Shown: positions 19,581 to 28,530 of the stretch, in pieces
Numbering within the stretch: the stretch's first letter is position 1
Layout of the letters: every line of letters starts with the position of its first letter
NCBI GenBank assembly: GCA_016927565.1
Contig: JAFGMK010000024.1
Location: 6,105-70,104 of the forward strand
Source: Minisyncoccota bacterium
GTDB lineage: Bacteria > Patescibacteriota > Microgenomatia > PFEM01 > JAFGMK01
DNA length: 64,000 nt
Reading direction: 5' to 3'
The notes under the pieces: model-generated
Told to the model about the DNA's origin: nothing
The model's database searches: none
The model's input: the letters and a program-made list of their open reading frames with translations, nothing else
Program-made: the position numbers and the translations under genes

Positions 19581-21368
19581 CTACTTCTGAAGCCGATAAA
19601 GTTTTTTAATCTCTGCCAGAGTAGTGACCTGAGAGACTGATTTGTCATCCCGGAAGCGAAGCCATCTGGGAAAACGGAGAGCATAACCGCTGGTATGAAT
19701 TGGTGACTTGGTAATGTTATCTGCCTCGATTTCCACCAAAATTTCAGGCGCGCACCAAACATCAGGCCAAAGATTTTTATCAACTTGATAATTGATCGGC
19801 TTTTCTTTCACCGCCGCCTTTTCGCCCCGACGCCTCATTTCCTGCCATTGCTCATCCGAAGGACCGGTTCCTACTTTAGTCAGGCTGGTAATCAATCCGC
19901 TCGAGATCTTTTGGCAAATACCGACCAAGATCATTCCGATTCCAAAATCAGCCCGTTTACCCCGGCCCCGATAAAAACCCATCACCACTCCGTCAATCGT
20001 ATCCGCCAAACCGCCTCCTTTTTTCCCTTTTTCTTGCTTAAACTTCACCCAGGTATAACCCCGTCGGCCCGGATCATAAGCTGCTTGCCACTTCTTAACT
20101 ACTGCCCCCTCCAAACCGGCTTTAAGCTGCTGCTGGTGAAAACTTTTCAAATCAACCGGGTCATTGGTTATTATTTGCGGCGCCAAAAGAAAAGTTCGAT
20201 TTTTCCCCTCCACAATTGACTCTAAAATCTTTCTTCTCTGAGCAAAAGGAGCCTTTAAAAGATTCTGACCATCTTTATAAAGGACATCAAAGCAAAAATA
20301 ACGCATGGGAATCTTCCTGATTGTCTGTTTAATAGCGTGCTTGCGCTTTCTTTTAATCGTTTCCTGAAAAGGTAAAAGTTTACCGCTACCCGGATCATAA
20401 CCGATGGCTTCCCCATCCAAAATCACCTCTTGGGCTTTTAATTCTTCAAAACTGGCCAAAGCAAGATCAGGAAACATCCCCGCCACATTTTCCAGGTTGC
20501 GAGTAAAAATCCGGACAAATCCTTTTGTTTCCTCAGAGAACAAACCTTGATCACGAACTGATTTCTCTTGTTTTTGACGGCTAAAATGAATTTCCAATCG
20601 CGTTCCGTCCCATTTGGGCTCGACCGCAACCCGATCCTTTGACCCGGGCCGGCACATATGTTTAATCATTTCCCCTGCATCCGGCAATCGCTGGCAAAGC
20701 GCTAGAACCACCGGCGTTCCTAAGGAAATCCCGACCTCGCCCAAGCCGGCCAAACCATCAAGCTTAGCTACCTGAGCAATGAAGCCGACATCAGCCCGAA
20801 CATTATAAGCCGCTTCAATTTTTGGTTTAAGGTTTTTATTTCCGGCTAAGAACCAGCTTAAAGAATCTAAAATCGTCTGGTCTGAAAAACCCAGGCGCAA
20901 CTTACCCAAGGTAATTCGGACAATATACTTAGCACTCTGCCCATCCAGCTTTTTTAAAACAGCAACCAGGCCGCTTACCTTCCTTTCCACCGATCCCTGA
21001 CCGTGATCTTGAGCAATTCTTAACAATGAATTAAACACTTGATCAACCGTCAGCGACTGGCCAGCCGCTTTTTTATCCAACTCAAAAGCAATGCTGCCCA
21101 AGTCGCCTAATCGGCCATAAACTTTTCCCACCTGACTTTCTTTCTGATGATAGGCCCGGCCTAAAATCCTAATCATCAGTTTTTCAGCCAAATTAAACTC
21201 AATTCCCAGATGGCGGGGACCCAGCCTTCCCAAGGCCAGATAGCAGATTTTATCAATTTCATCAGGCCGGGCTTCTTTAAAAAGCCGGGCCAAAATAACC
21301 GTTTTTTCGTTCCTGGAAGCAGTATTTTCCAATTTCGAAAAATAGTCAGCTAAGCGGGAGAAATTCAT
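19581..21368 (-). CDS. ATP-dependent DNA ligase
   Basis: KWDGTRLEIH (KxDG adenylation motif) plus downstream ligase motifs. The ORF track extends to 21449, but the likely start is MNFSRL (ATG 21366-21368), overlapping the upstream ORF stop as TAATG. Confidence 0.8.
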   Translation of the reverse strand: MNFSRLADYFSKLENTASRNEKTVILARLFKEARPDEIDKICYLALGRLGPRHLGIEFNLAEKLMIRILGRAYHQKESQVGKVYGRLGDLGSIAFELDKKAAGQSLTVDQVFNSLLRIAQDHGQGSVERKVSGLVAVLKKLDGQSAKYIVRITLGKLRLGFSDQTILDSLSWFLAGNKNLKPKIEAAYNVRADVGFIAQVAKLDGLAGLGEVGISLGTPVVLALCQRLPDAGEMIKHMCRPGSKDRVAVEPKWDGTRLEIHFSRQKQEKSVRDQGLFSEETKGFVRIFTRNLENVAGMFPDLALASFEELKAQEVILDGEAIGYDPGSGKLLPFQETIKRKRKHAIKQTIRKIPMRYFCFDVLYKDGQNLLKAPFAQRRKILESIVEGKNRTFLLAPQIITNDPVDLKSFHQQQLKAGLEGAVVKKWQAAYDPGRRGYTWVKFKQEKGKKGGGLADTIDGVVMGFYRGRGKRADFGIGMILVGICQKISSGLITSLTKVGTGPSDEQWQEMRRRGEKAAVKEKPINYQVDKNLWPDVWCAPEILVEIEADNITKSPIHTSGYALRFPRWLRFRDDKSVSQVTTLAEIKKLYRLQK

Positions 21369-21562
21369 TAAAAAATATTCTGGGAGAAAAAAAGAAAAGT
21401 AAAAACAACCACTCCGATGAACAGGAACCCAAAAACAATCGAAAGCCAACCCATTCTTTCACTTTTTAAAATTTTATTCAGACCTTCGCCAATTAAAGTT
21501 AAACCAAAAAGCGTCGGCAAGATTAGAAACATATAAAGAAACTGAGGGTCCTTGGTATTCAT
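21368..21562 (-). CDS. small 2-TM membrane protein (64 aa), possibly translationally coupled to the ligase
   Basis: Two hydrophobic helices. Its stop shares 1 nt with the ligase start. No homology recognisable. Confidence 0.35.
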   Translation of the reverse strand: MNTKDPQFLYMFLILPTLFGLTLIGEGLNKILKSERMGWLSIVFGFLFIGVVVFTFLFFSQNIF

Positions 21563-21569
21563 TGATCCC

Positions 21570-22679
21570 CTATTGTTTCATAATATAAACAGCCCCTTTA
21601 GTTTTGCCCCTCTTCTTCACAATACCCTTTTTGACAAAATAGTTCAAATCTCTCAAAAGAGTGTCCTCGCTGTATTCGGGAATCAGTTTTTTGGCCTGAC
21701 TGGTTTTTAGACGTTGATTTTCTTCCAAGTACTCCATCAAACGGATTTGGCGTTCATTTAAAGGAATCTGGCGGCCCAAACGGCTTTTTACCTTGGCATC
21801 CAGAGAAAGCCTTCTTACTCTTTCCTTAACCTGAGTCAGTTCAATCGCCATTACCTCACAAAAGTATTCGAGCCAGGGGGTCAAATCGCGTTTTTCCAGC
21901 TCTTCACTCTGAGCCGAAACTTTAAAAAGAGCCTGATAATAGCTGGCCGCGTCCCGGTCAAAGTATTCCTCCAAAGCAAAAAAACGCTTGATATCATATC
22001 TTTCCGCGAAAAGAACCAGCGTGGCAAAAGCTCGGGCTGTTCGACCGTTTCCCTCGACAAAGGGGTGAATTGCCGCCAAAACATAATGGGCCACTCCGGC
22101 TCGCAGAACCGGATGAATCTCGCAGGCAGTTTTTAAATTGATCCAATGGACAAAATCTTCAACCAGGTAAGGCACCTCGACAGCCGGCGGCGGCCGAAAG
22201 AAAACCTCACCGGTACTGGTCTCTCTCAAAATTACCTGAGTAATCCGATATTGTCCTTGCTGCTCAAGAGAAATAATCCGCTCGCAAACCAAAGCGTGGA
22301 TTTTTTTAATCATTTTTTGGGTATAACGCCATCGGATTTTTCTCTCTTTTTCCGCTGGCTTATTCCTAGAGGTTTTTTCCTTGAATTTAGCCAGCTCATC
22401 AATAAAGTGGATAACCCGCCGATAATTAATCACTTCCTGGACATCCCGCTCCCGCGCCACCACCTGCTCCCCCTCTAAAACCTTAATTGCCTGATTAAGG
22501 TTTAAAGCATTGCCTTCGAGATGAGTTCCGTAATGGACTGTCCGATTAAGAGCTTCTTTTCTAAACTTCATCAGATAGGCCGGAATTAAAGGAGCGTTTA
22601 GAATTACTTCCCGCGCAGCCTCAATTAGACCGATATTTTTTAAAATCTTGTTTGTAATCGTAAATTGCGGCTGATACAC
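21570..22679 (-). CDS. Fic family protein (AMPylation-type Fic motif) with a C-terminal winged-helix-like extension
   Basis: HPFVEGNGRTARAF matches the Fic motif HxFx(D/E)GNGRxxR. An N-terminal THLEGN segment resembles, but does not exactly fit, the (S/T)xxxE(G/N) inhibitory motif. Confidence 0.85.
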   Translation of the reverse strand: MYQPQFTITNKILKNIGLIEAAREVILNAPLIPAYLMKFRKEALNRTVHYGTHLEGNALNLNQAIKVLEGEQVVARERDVQEVINYRRVIHFIDELAKFKEKTSRNKPAEKERKIRWRYTQKMIKKIHALVCERIISLEQQGQYRITQVILRETSTGEVFFRPPPAVEVPYLVEDFVHWINLKTACEIHPVLRAGVAHYVLAAIHPFVEGNGRTARAFATLVLFAERYDIKRFFALEEYFDRDAASYYQALFKVSAQSEELEKRDLTPWLEYFCEVMAIELTQVKERVRRLSLDAKVKSRLGRQIPLNERQIRLMEYLEENQRLKTSQAKKLIPEYSEDTLLRDLNYFVKKGIVKKRGKTKGAVYIMKQ

Positions 22680-22773
22680 GAAAAATTAAAAATTCAAAAT
22701 TAAAATTTTTAAATCCTTAGGCTTAAACCTAACTAATTATTGCATAATTTCCGCAAGAGAACAAGAGAAAAAT

Positions 22774-22974
22774 TCATTTCCTGGCTAATAGCCTTGGTTT
22801 AGATAAATCCCAAATCTCATCCACCGTCACCAAAGCCGCTCCCTTATGAGCTAAACCCTCATTCTCCTGATCTTCATCCACCCTTTTCTTCGAGCTAATT
22901 TTTAGACCAGCCACCTGAACCGCCTCGTTCAAATTAATTTTAGAATAAGAAAATCTATTATTAATCCAATCCAA
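22774..22974 (-). CDS. small ORF downstream of recF (66 aa)
   Basis: Overlaps the recF 3' end by 14 nt. The position is reminiscent of DUF721/DciA-like genes, but no motif support. Confidence 0.25.
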   Translation of the reverse strand: MDWINNRFSYSKINLNEAVQVAGLKISSKKRVDEDQENEGLAHKGAALVTVDEIWDLSKPRLLARK

Positions 22975-24025
22975 TAATTTCGATCCCTTTCAAAAACTCT
23001 GGATTAACTAAACTTGCTTCTGTCATCGTCATGATTGTCTGCTGTTTAGGAATTACCTCCAAAAGATGCCGGCGGTTTTTTTGATCCAGTTCCGAAAAAA
23101 TGTCATCCAGCAGTAAAACTGGCCGCTGGCCGGTAATTTTAGCAACAAACTCAAGCTCTGCTAATTTTAGGCTGAAAACTGCCAATCGCTGCTCTCCCCT
23201 GGATCCGTAAATCGATAAGTCCCGGCTTTTAAATTTGTCATTTTTAATTTCTAATTTAGAATTTATTTTAAAATCATCCCGATGAGGACCAACTAAAGTT
23301 TTGGCCGCAAAAACTTCCTCAGTCGCATACCTTGTCAGTCTCTCCGGAGAAATCAGACTCTGATCATATTCAATCTCCAAATCACCAAAATAATCCGGCT
23401 GAGCATTAACAAACCTGATAAACTCGGCTCTTTCCGCATTCAACAACTGACCATTCTCAATCAACAAGCGATCCCAGAAAAAAAGGGCTGACCGATTAGC
23501 TCTGCCCTCCCTAATTTGCTCCAACACCCGATTTCTTTGCCTAAGGCCTTTTTGATAAGAAAGAGAGGCTCGACGGTATTCCCGATTTACCAACTCCAAA
23601 ACCGAGTCTAAATAATCCCGCCTAACAGCAGGACTGCCAATCACAATCTCCAAATCTTCCGGCCGGAAAAGGACAGTTTTCAAAATTCCGGCAAAATCCA
23701 TTGCCCTTTTTTTCACCCCGTTAACCAGGTATTGCTTGCGCGGCGCTCTGATTCCGCCCACCTCTCCCCGAGTAAGAACAATTTCTAATTTTTCTTCGTC
23801 TGACAATCGACAGCTATTCACTGACAATTCCTCCTGATAACTGATCATCTCCTCGTCCCTTCCGCCTCGAAATGAGCGTCCCCGGGAAAGAATCCAAATT
23901 GCCTCCATCAAGTTAGTTTTTCCAGTAGCGTTTCGCCCCACTACTAAACTCATCCGCGAGCCGAATTTCAGCTCCTTCAGGGTAAAATTGCGAAAATTCT
24001 TTAAATTCAGAGTTTTTAAAAGCAT
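22961..24025 (-). CDS. recF: DNA replication and repair protein RecF
   Basis: Walker A GRNATGKTNLMEAI near the N-terminus, an SMC-like signature region, and Walker B LLLDDIFSELD; 354 aa. Confidence 0.85.
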   Translation of the reverse strand: MLLKTLNLKNFRNFTLKELKFGSRMSLVVGRNATGKTNLMEAIWILSRGRSFRGGRDEEMISYQEELSVNSCRLSDEEKLEIVLTRGEVGGIRAPRKQYLVNGVKKRAMDFAGILKTVLFRPEDLEIVIGSPAVRRDYLDSVLELVNREYRRASLSYQKGLRQRNRVLEQIREGRANRSALFFWDRLLIENGQLLNAERAEFIRFVNAQPDYFGDLEIEYDQSLISPERLTRYATEEVFAAKTLVGPHRDDFKINSKLEIKNDKFKSRDLSIYGSRGEQRLAVFSLKLAELEFVAKITGQRPVLLLDDIFSELDQKNRRHLLEVIPKQQTIMTMTEASLVNPEFLKGIEIIGLD

Positions 24026-24028
24026 CTG

Positions 24029-24988
24029 CTAATTTTTAGAAATCGACATCTGAGGAGGAATGTTTATAAGCGAATGAGCATGGAAACTCTTTTCAAACGA
24101 GTAGGTCGGTTGTGTTGGAGAAGTCCATGTCCCGGCAGTAGCAAAATAACCAGAAAGCCCCCATTCATCATCAGGCCGGTAATAAAGAATCGGCGCAAAC
24201 AATACCGCTCCCGTAGCCTGAGTATAACCGACCGTTTTAACCACCACCTCCCGGCCATCATCCCGTTTAAAAGGAAGATTAAGCCTTAGATACACCACCG
24301 TATGAACCGGATCCGGGTTTCTTCGAACAGAATAAAGTAAAACATCTCTTTCCATTAAAAGGGCATACTTCTTGACCGGGCTCAATCGGCCGACATCTTG
24401 CCAACCACAACTCCTACCATTATTAGAAAGCCAATCACTAACCCCAACAGCATTCAGCTCTCTTCCGCCAGACTGAACTGGTTGGCCCCTGTCATCCAAC
24501 CGACGGGTAATAAACCGGGTTCCCAAGGCCGTCTGAACAAAGTCAACTCCGTAAATAGCGCAAAGATTAAAGCCCTGCTTCTCATCATCATACCTATCGT
24601 TCCCTGGAGGGTTTAAAAGAGTTAGACTCTTTCTTAAAATCGCCTGAGGCGAAAACAAACGAGTTAAGCCATGTTTTTGCCTGAGAGCCTCAATTGGAAG
24701 GCTGAGACGAGCGGAAACCTGTGATATCTCTTCAGGCGATTCAGTTTTAGCAATTCCGAACGGCCCCCTTCTTTTAAGATCAGCCTCAAGCCTTTTTCGC
24801 TCCGGATCATCAAGATCAAAGGGGGTCAAAACCGGCTTCCTCTCTCCCACCGACTCCTGCCAACCCAGATTTTCTATTCCCTTCCGAACCTTACCCTTCC
24901 CCAAGGTATGATCAGTTCCTAAATTAAACAATCCGTCTAAAAACTGCCGGCGGGTTAATTGATTCGCGATACCTTCAGGCATAATCAA
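24029..24988 (-). CDS. hypothetical protein (319 aa)
   Basis: N-terminal TRRQFL. Internal GFNLCAIYG. No confident family. Confidence 0.5.
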   Translation of the reverse strand: MIMPEGIANQLTRRQFLDGLFNLGTDHTLGKGKVRKGIENLGWQESVGERKPVLTPFDLDDPERKRLEADLKRRGPFGIAKTESPEEISQVSARLSLPIEALRQKHGLTRLFSPQAILRKSLTLLNPPGNDRYDDEKQGFNLCAIYGVDFVQTALGTRFITRRLDDRGQPVQSGGRELNAVGVSDWLSNNGRSCGWQDVGRLSPVKKYALLMERDVLLYSVRRNPDPVHTVVYLRLNLPFKRDDGREVVVKTVGYTQATGAVLFAPILYYRPDDEWGLSGYFATAGTWTSPTQPTYSFEKSFHAHSLINIPPQMSISKN

Positions 24989-25028
24989 AGCCCTTTCTTT
25001 TAGTCATTTATCTAATTATAATACAACC

Positions 25029-25808
25029 ATGCTTGAAAAAAGAGGTAAATACCTTCAGGTTGCTCTTAACAGCACTCTTGACGAAGCCAGAAAAATTATC
25101 AACCAGCTCCCTCTCAGCGACCGAATTCTGATCGAAGCCGGCACTCCCCTGCTTAAAACCTATGGCCAACAAGGCCTCCTAAAAATTAAAGGCTGGTGGC
25201 AAGAAAAGCTTTTCGGCTATCCATCCCTTACTCCCGGCACTTTCCCTAAAAATCCGTTCGAGATCGGCCAACTGATTAAAACCGCCAGCCAAAACCCTAA
25301 ACTGACTCCCTTTCAAAAGGCCAAGACCACCTTCGTCCCCTATCTTATTGCCGATTACAAAGCTATGGATCGGGGTGCTACCGAAGTTTCTATTGCCAGC
25401 CGGGCCGGCGCTAATGCCATTACTGTCTTAGGCCAAGCCCCGACAGAAACAATCGACGCTCTGCTTAAATCTTGCGAAAGATGCGGTTTGGATCCGATTA
25501 TCGACATGATGAACGTCCAAAGACCCTATCAAGTTTTAAGAAAACTCAAAAAACTTCCGCCAATCGTCATGCTTCACCGCGGCGTTGACGAAACTGAGAC
25601 AGGCCAAACCCGTTTCCCGATTCATTTAATCAACCAGATTAAAGGAGCTTTTGATGTAATGATTGCTATCGGCGGTGGCGACACCCTCCGCGAGGTCCAG
25701 TCAGCTATTTTCAATGGTGCTGACATTGTCATGGTTTGGAAGGAGTTTTATCAAATTCAAGACAATACTACCGAACTGGCCGCCGGCTTCTTAAAAGAGA
25801 TTAAATAA
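25029..25808 (+). CDS. 3-hexulose-6-phosphate synthase-like (OMP decarboxylase/KGPDC superfamily)
   Basis: LQVALN...IEAGTPLLK...IADYKAMDRG...GANAITVL...IGGGD parallels HxlA (LQLALD / VEIGTPVIK / ADMKTMDAA / GADIVTIL / AGGI). Confidence 0.7.
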   Translation: MLEKRGKYLQVALNSTLDEARKIINQLPLSDRILIEAGTPLLKTYGQQGLLKIKGWWQEKLFGYPSLTPGTFPKNPFEIGQLIKTASQNPKLTPFQKAKTTFVPYLIADYKAMDRGATEVSIASRAGANAITVLGQAPTETIDALLKSCERCGLDPIIDMMNVQRPYQVLRKLKKLPPIVMLHRGVDETETGQTRFPIHLINQIKGAFDVMIAIGGGDTLREVQSAIFNGADIVMVWKEFYQIQDNTTELAAGFLKEIK

Positions 25809-26561
25809 TTATTTTCCAATCAACCTCTTAAAACCTTCAAGAACTTCCACCGGCAAGGCAAAAACGACCGTGTTGGCCGGATTAGCCGTTGTTCCTTCAA
25901 TCGTCTGCAGGGTCCGCAAGGAGATTGCTCCGGATTTAGCCAGGTTATCAGCCGCCGACTGTAAATTCTTTGAGGCTTCAAGTTCACCATTGGCTCGGAT
26001 AATTGCTGCCCGCCTTTCCCGTTCGGCTTCAGCTTGTTTGGCCATTGCCCGCTTCATATCCGCCGGCAACTCAATATCCTGGATTTTAATCGAGGTCACA
26101 TTGATTCCCCAAGCGTTAGTTTCCTCGTCAACCAGTTTCTTAATCTCCTCGGAAATTTTCAGTCTTTCTGCCAGCAAGCTGTCCAGCTCAACCCCGCCGA
26201 TTACATCCCGCAATGCCGCTTGAGCATACTGAGAAACAGCATAGGAATAATTTTGAATTTTTAAAACTGCATCCTCTACCCGTTCGACATGGAAATAAAC
26301 CACCGCATTGATTCCAACCGGAACATTATCTTGAGTAATTACTTCCTGCTGAGGAATATCCACTGTCGTAATCCGAATATCAACCTTAATCAACCGCTGC
26401 AGCACCGGAATGATGAAGTTCAAACCCGGATCCAGAGTATTAGAATATTTTCCCAAAGTTAGAACGATTCCCCGCTCATACTGGTCAACCACCCTGACAA
26501 AGCGGATTGCCGCAATTCCAATTAAAACCAAAAAAACAAAAAAAACACTGCCAAAAAACAT
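25809..26561 (-). CDS. SPFH/band-7 (stomatin/HflC-like) membrane protein
   Basis: N-terminal TM, then a band-7 core (TQDNVPVGINAVVYFHV) and a coiled-coil/Ala-rich C-terminal region. Confidence 0.8.
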   Translation of the reverse strand: MFFGSVFFVFLVLIGIAAIRFVRVVDQYERGIVLTLGKYSNTLDPGLNFIIPVLQRLIKVDIRITTVDIPQQEVITQDNVPVGINAVVYFHVERVEDAVLKIQNYSYAVSQYAQAALRDVIGGVELDSLLAERLKISEEIKKLVDEETNAWGINVTSIKIQDIELPADMKRAMAKQAEAERERRAAIIRANGELEASKNLQSAADNLAKSGAISLRTLQTIEGTTANPANTVVFALPVEVLEGFKRLIGK

Positions 26562-26617
26562 CTTTCACCTCCTTTTGCTAAAGGATAACAAAATCCAAAC
26601 CAACTAACAAGAACCCC

Positions 26618-26655
26618 ACGATCCGGGATCGTTTTCCTACCTACGATCCGGTAAA
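26618..26655. repeat. GATCCGGGATC palindromic element (degenerate copy E)
   Basis: cacgatccgggatcgttttcctacctacgatccgg, in the SPFH-fpg intergenic region. Confidence 0.45.
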
Positions 26656-26712
26656 ACTATCTTTTCCCATCCTGATTCTCCGTCGTTCCTCTATCAGAAG
26701 GGATAACCAGAA

Positions 26713-27669
26713 TCAATTTTGGCACCGCGGGCAATAAAAAGTTCCCCGGCCGCCGATTTTGATTCTTCTGATTTTCCCGGAGCAGGAAAAACACTTTTTC
26801 CCGTCACGCTTATAGACTAAAAAATGCTTCTGATAAGCCCCTTTTTGACCTAAAGCATCAAGGTAATGTTGATCTGATGCTCCTCTATATTTGATTCCAG
26901 CCCGCAAAACCTTATGAATCGATTGATATACGCTTTTAACTTCTTTCTCCTTAAGACCGCAAGCTGGTCGTCGGGGATCAATTTTGGCTAAAAATAAACT
27001 GTCATTAGCATAAATATTGCCAATCCCGGAGATCTTTTTCTGATTTAAAAGAGCCAGCTTAACCGGCCGCCGGGTTGAGGCTAAATACCTTTTGAAATAG
27101 GAAAAGGTCAAATCATCCAGCGGTTCAGGTCCAAATTCAGCCATAATTTTCTCCAATTCTTCCCTGCCTTTAACCAGCTTAATCCACCCGAACTTTCGCA
27201 AATCACAAAAACGGAGCTCTAAATTATTCTCTTCCCCAGATTTCCACACCGGGAAAGTCAAACCGCCGCCGGCAATCTGTCTGCCACTCCTGAAGTATTT
27301 TTTTTCGAGCCCAATTACCACTCGTTGATATTCGTCCCCGGGATCACCTGGCTTTCTCACTAAAAGCCGGCCGGTCATTTTAAGATGAATCAGCAGGCAC
27401 GCCTGCCAAACACTTTTTTCCTTCTCAGAAAAGTTAAGTTGCCGTCGGCGCTCTTTTTGTTGTTCCCGAGGCGCTTTAAGAAAAACCTGCATTAATTTCG
27501 CCCGTCTCTTAATTTCGGCAATTTCTAAACCGATAACCTCTCCTTTAACCACTTTCAGCGACGGTAAAATTTGCTTGGGAGAATCCGCTAAAATATCAAC
27601 AATCCGATAACCTATCACTAATTTTTCCAGGCCTTTTTTTATTGTTTCCACCTCGGGCAATTCCGGCAT
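26713..27669 (-). CDS. mutM: formamidopyrimidine-DNA glycosylase (Fpg/Nei family)
   Basis: MPELPEVE N-terminus (catalytic Pro2/Glu3) and a C-terminal zinc finger (CFSC...CPRCQ). Longer than typical (318 aa), with internal inserts. Confidence 0.8.
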   Translation of the reverse strand: MPELPEVETIKKGLEKLVIGYRIVDILADSPKQILPSLKVVKGEVIGLEIAEIKRRAKLMQVFLKAPREQQKERRRQLNFSEKEKSVWQACLLIHLKMTGRLLVRKPGDPGDEYQRVVIGLEKKYFRSGRQIAGGGLTFPVWKSGEENNLELRFCDLRKFGWIKLVKGREELEKIMAEFGPEPLDDLTFSYFKRYLASTRRPVKLALLNQKKISGIGNIYANDSLFLAKIDPRRPACGLKEKEVKSVYQSIHKVLRAGIKYRGASDQHYLDALGQKGAYQKHFLVYKRDGKKCFSCSGKIRRIKIGGRGTFYCPRCQN

Positions 27670-27738
27670 AAGCCTCCTTTTTGACTCTTTCCATTATACC
27701 AATTATGATTTAGGAACAAGAAGCAATTTTAACTGACT

Positions 27739-28530
27739 ATGACCAATCTCGGTATTGTTTTATTTCTCTCTCTCTTGGGTAGCGTTTTCGCTTTAACCGG
27801 CGGGATTATTTTCCTATATGTAAAATCCTGGTCTCTGGTCTTAACCCGCTATTCGGTTTCCTTCGCCGCCGGCGTACTCCTGACTGTTGCTTTAATCGGC
27901 CTGCTTCCTGAAGCAGTGGAAATGATCGGCGAAAACGCTTTTTTAGTCGTTTTGTCAGCTTTCTTAAGCGCTTATTTGTTTGAAAACTTCGCCTGCAATC
28001 TTCATCACCACGACCACAACTGCGATCAGCCTGCCAATAAATCCTCAGGATCAACCGGTCTAATCATAATTGGCGACACCATTCATAATTTTATTGACGG
28101 CGTTGCCATCGCGGCCGCCTATCTTACCGATCCCGGTTTGGGTTGGATAACAACAATCTCAACTTTTTTACACGAAATCCCCCATGAAATCGGCGATTTC
28201 GGCATCTTATTAAAAAAAGGTTGGCCGCCGAAAAAAATTGTCATCGTTAATATCCTTTCCGCTTTATTTACTTTGATCGGCACTTTTTCGGTAGTATTCG
28301 TTTCTCAAAATGAAAACTTTATCGGGATTCTCCTCGCCTCCGCCGCAGGAATGTTTTTATATCTCGGAGCCAGCGATTTCCTTCCTCATGCCCACGAAGA
28401 CCTTTCCCGTAAGAAAGCGCTTTTGGCACTCCTGGCCGGAGTCGGCATCATGCTCGGCACTTTTAAAATCATTCCCCACTCCCACGAACATGACTCTCAT
28501 CACCATCAAGATCAGCCAGAAAAAAATTAA
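27739..28530 (+). CDS. zupT: ZIP family metal (zinc) transporter
   Basis: HEIPHEIGDF signature and a His-rich loop (HHHDHNCDQ); 8 TM. Confidence 0.8.
   Translation: MTNLGIVLFLSLLGSVFALTGGIIFLYVKSWSLVLTRYSVSFAAGVLLTVALIGLLPEAVEMIGENAFLVVLSAFLSAYLFENFACNLHHHDHNCDQPANKSSGSTGLIIIGDTIHNFIDGVAIAAAYLTDPGLGWITTISTFLHEIPHEIGDFGILLKKGWPPKKIVIVNILSALFTLIGTFSVVFVSQNENFIGILLASAAGMFLYLGASDFLPHAHEDLSRKKALLALLAGVGIMLGTFKIIPHSHEHDSHHHQDQPEKN

Noticed and set aside
24890-24988. A twin-arginine (Tat) signal peptide at the N-terminus of the 319-aa orphan protein (TRRQFL).
   Set aside because: The segment after RRQFL (DGLFNLGTDHTLGKGK) is too polar and charged to be an h-region, and no signal-peptidase site pattern follows.
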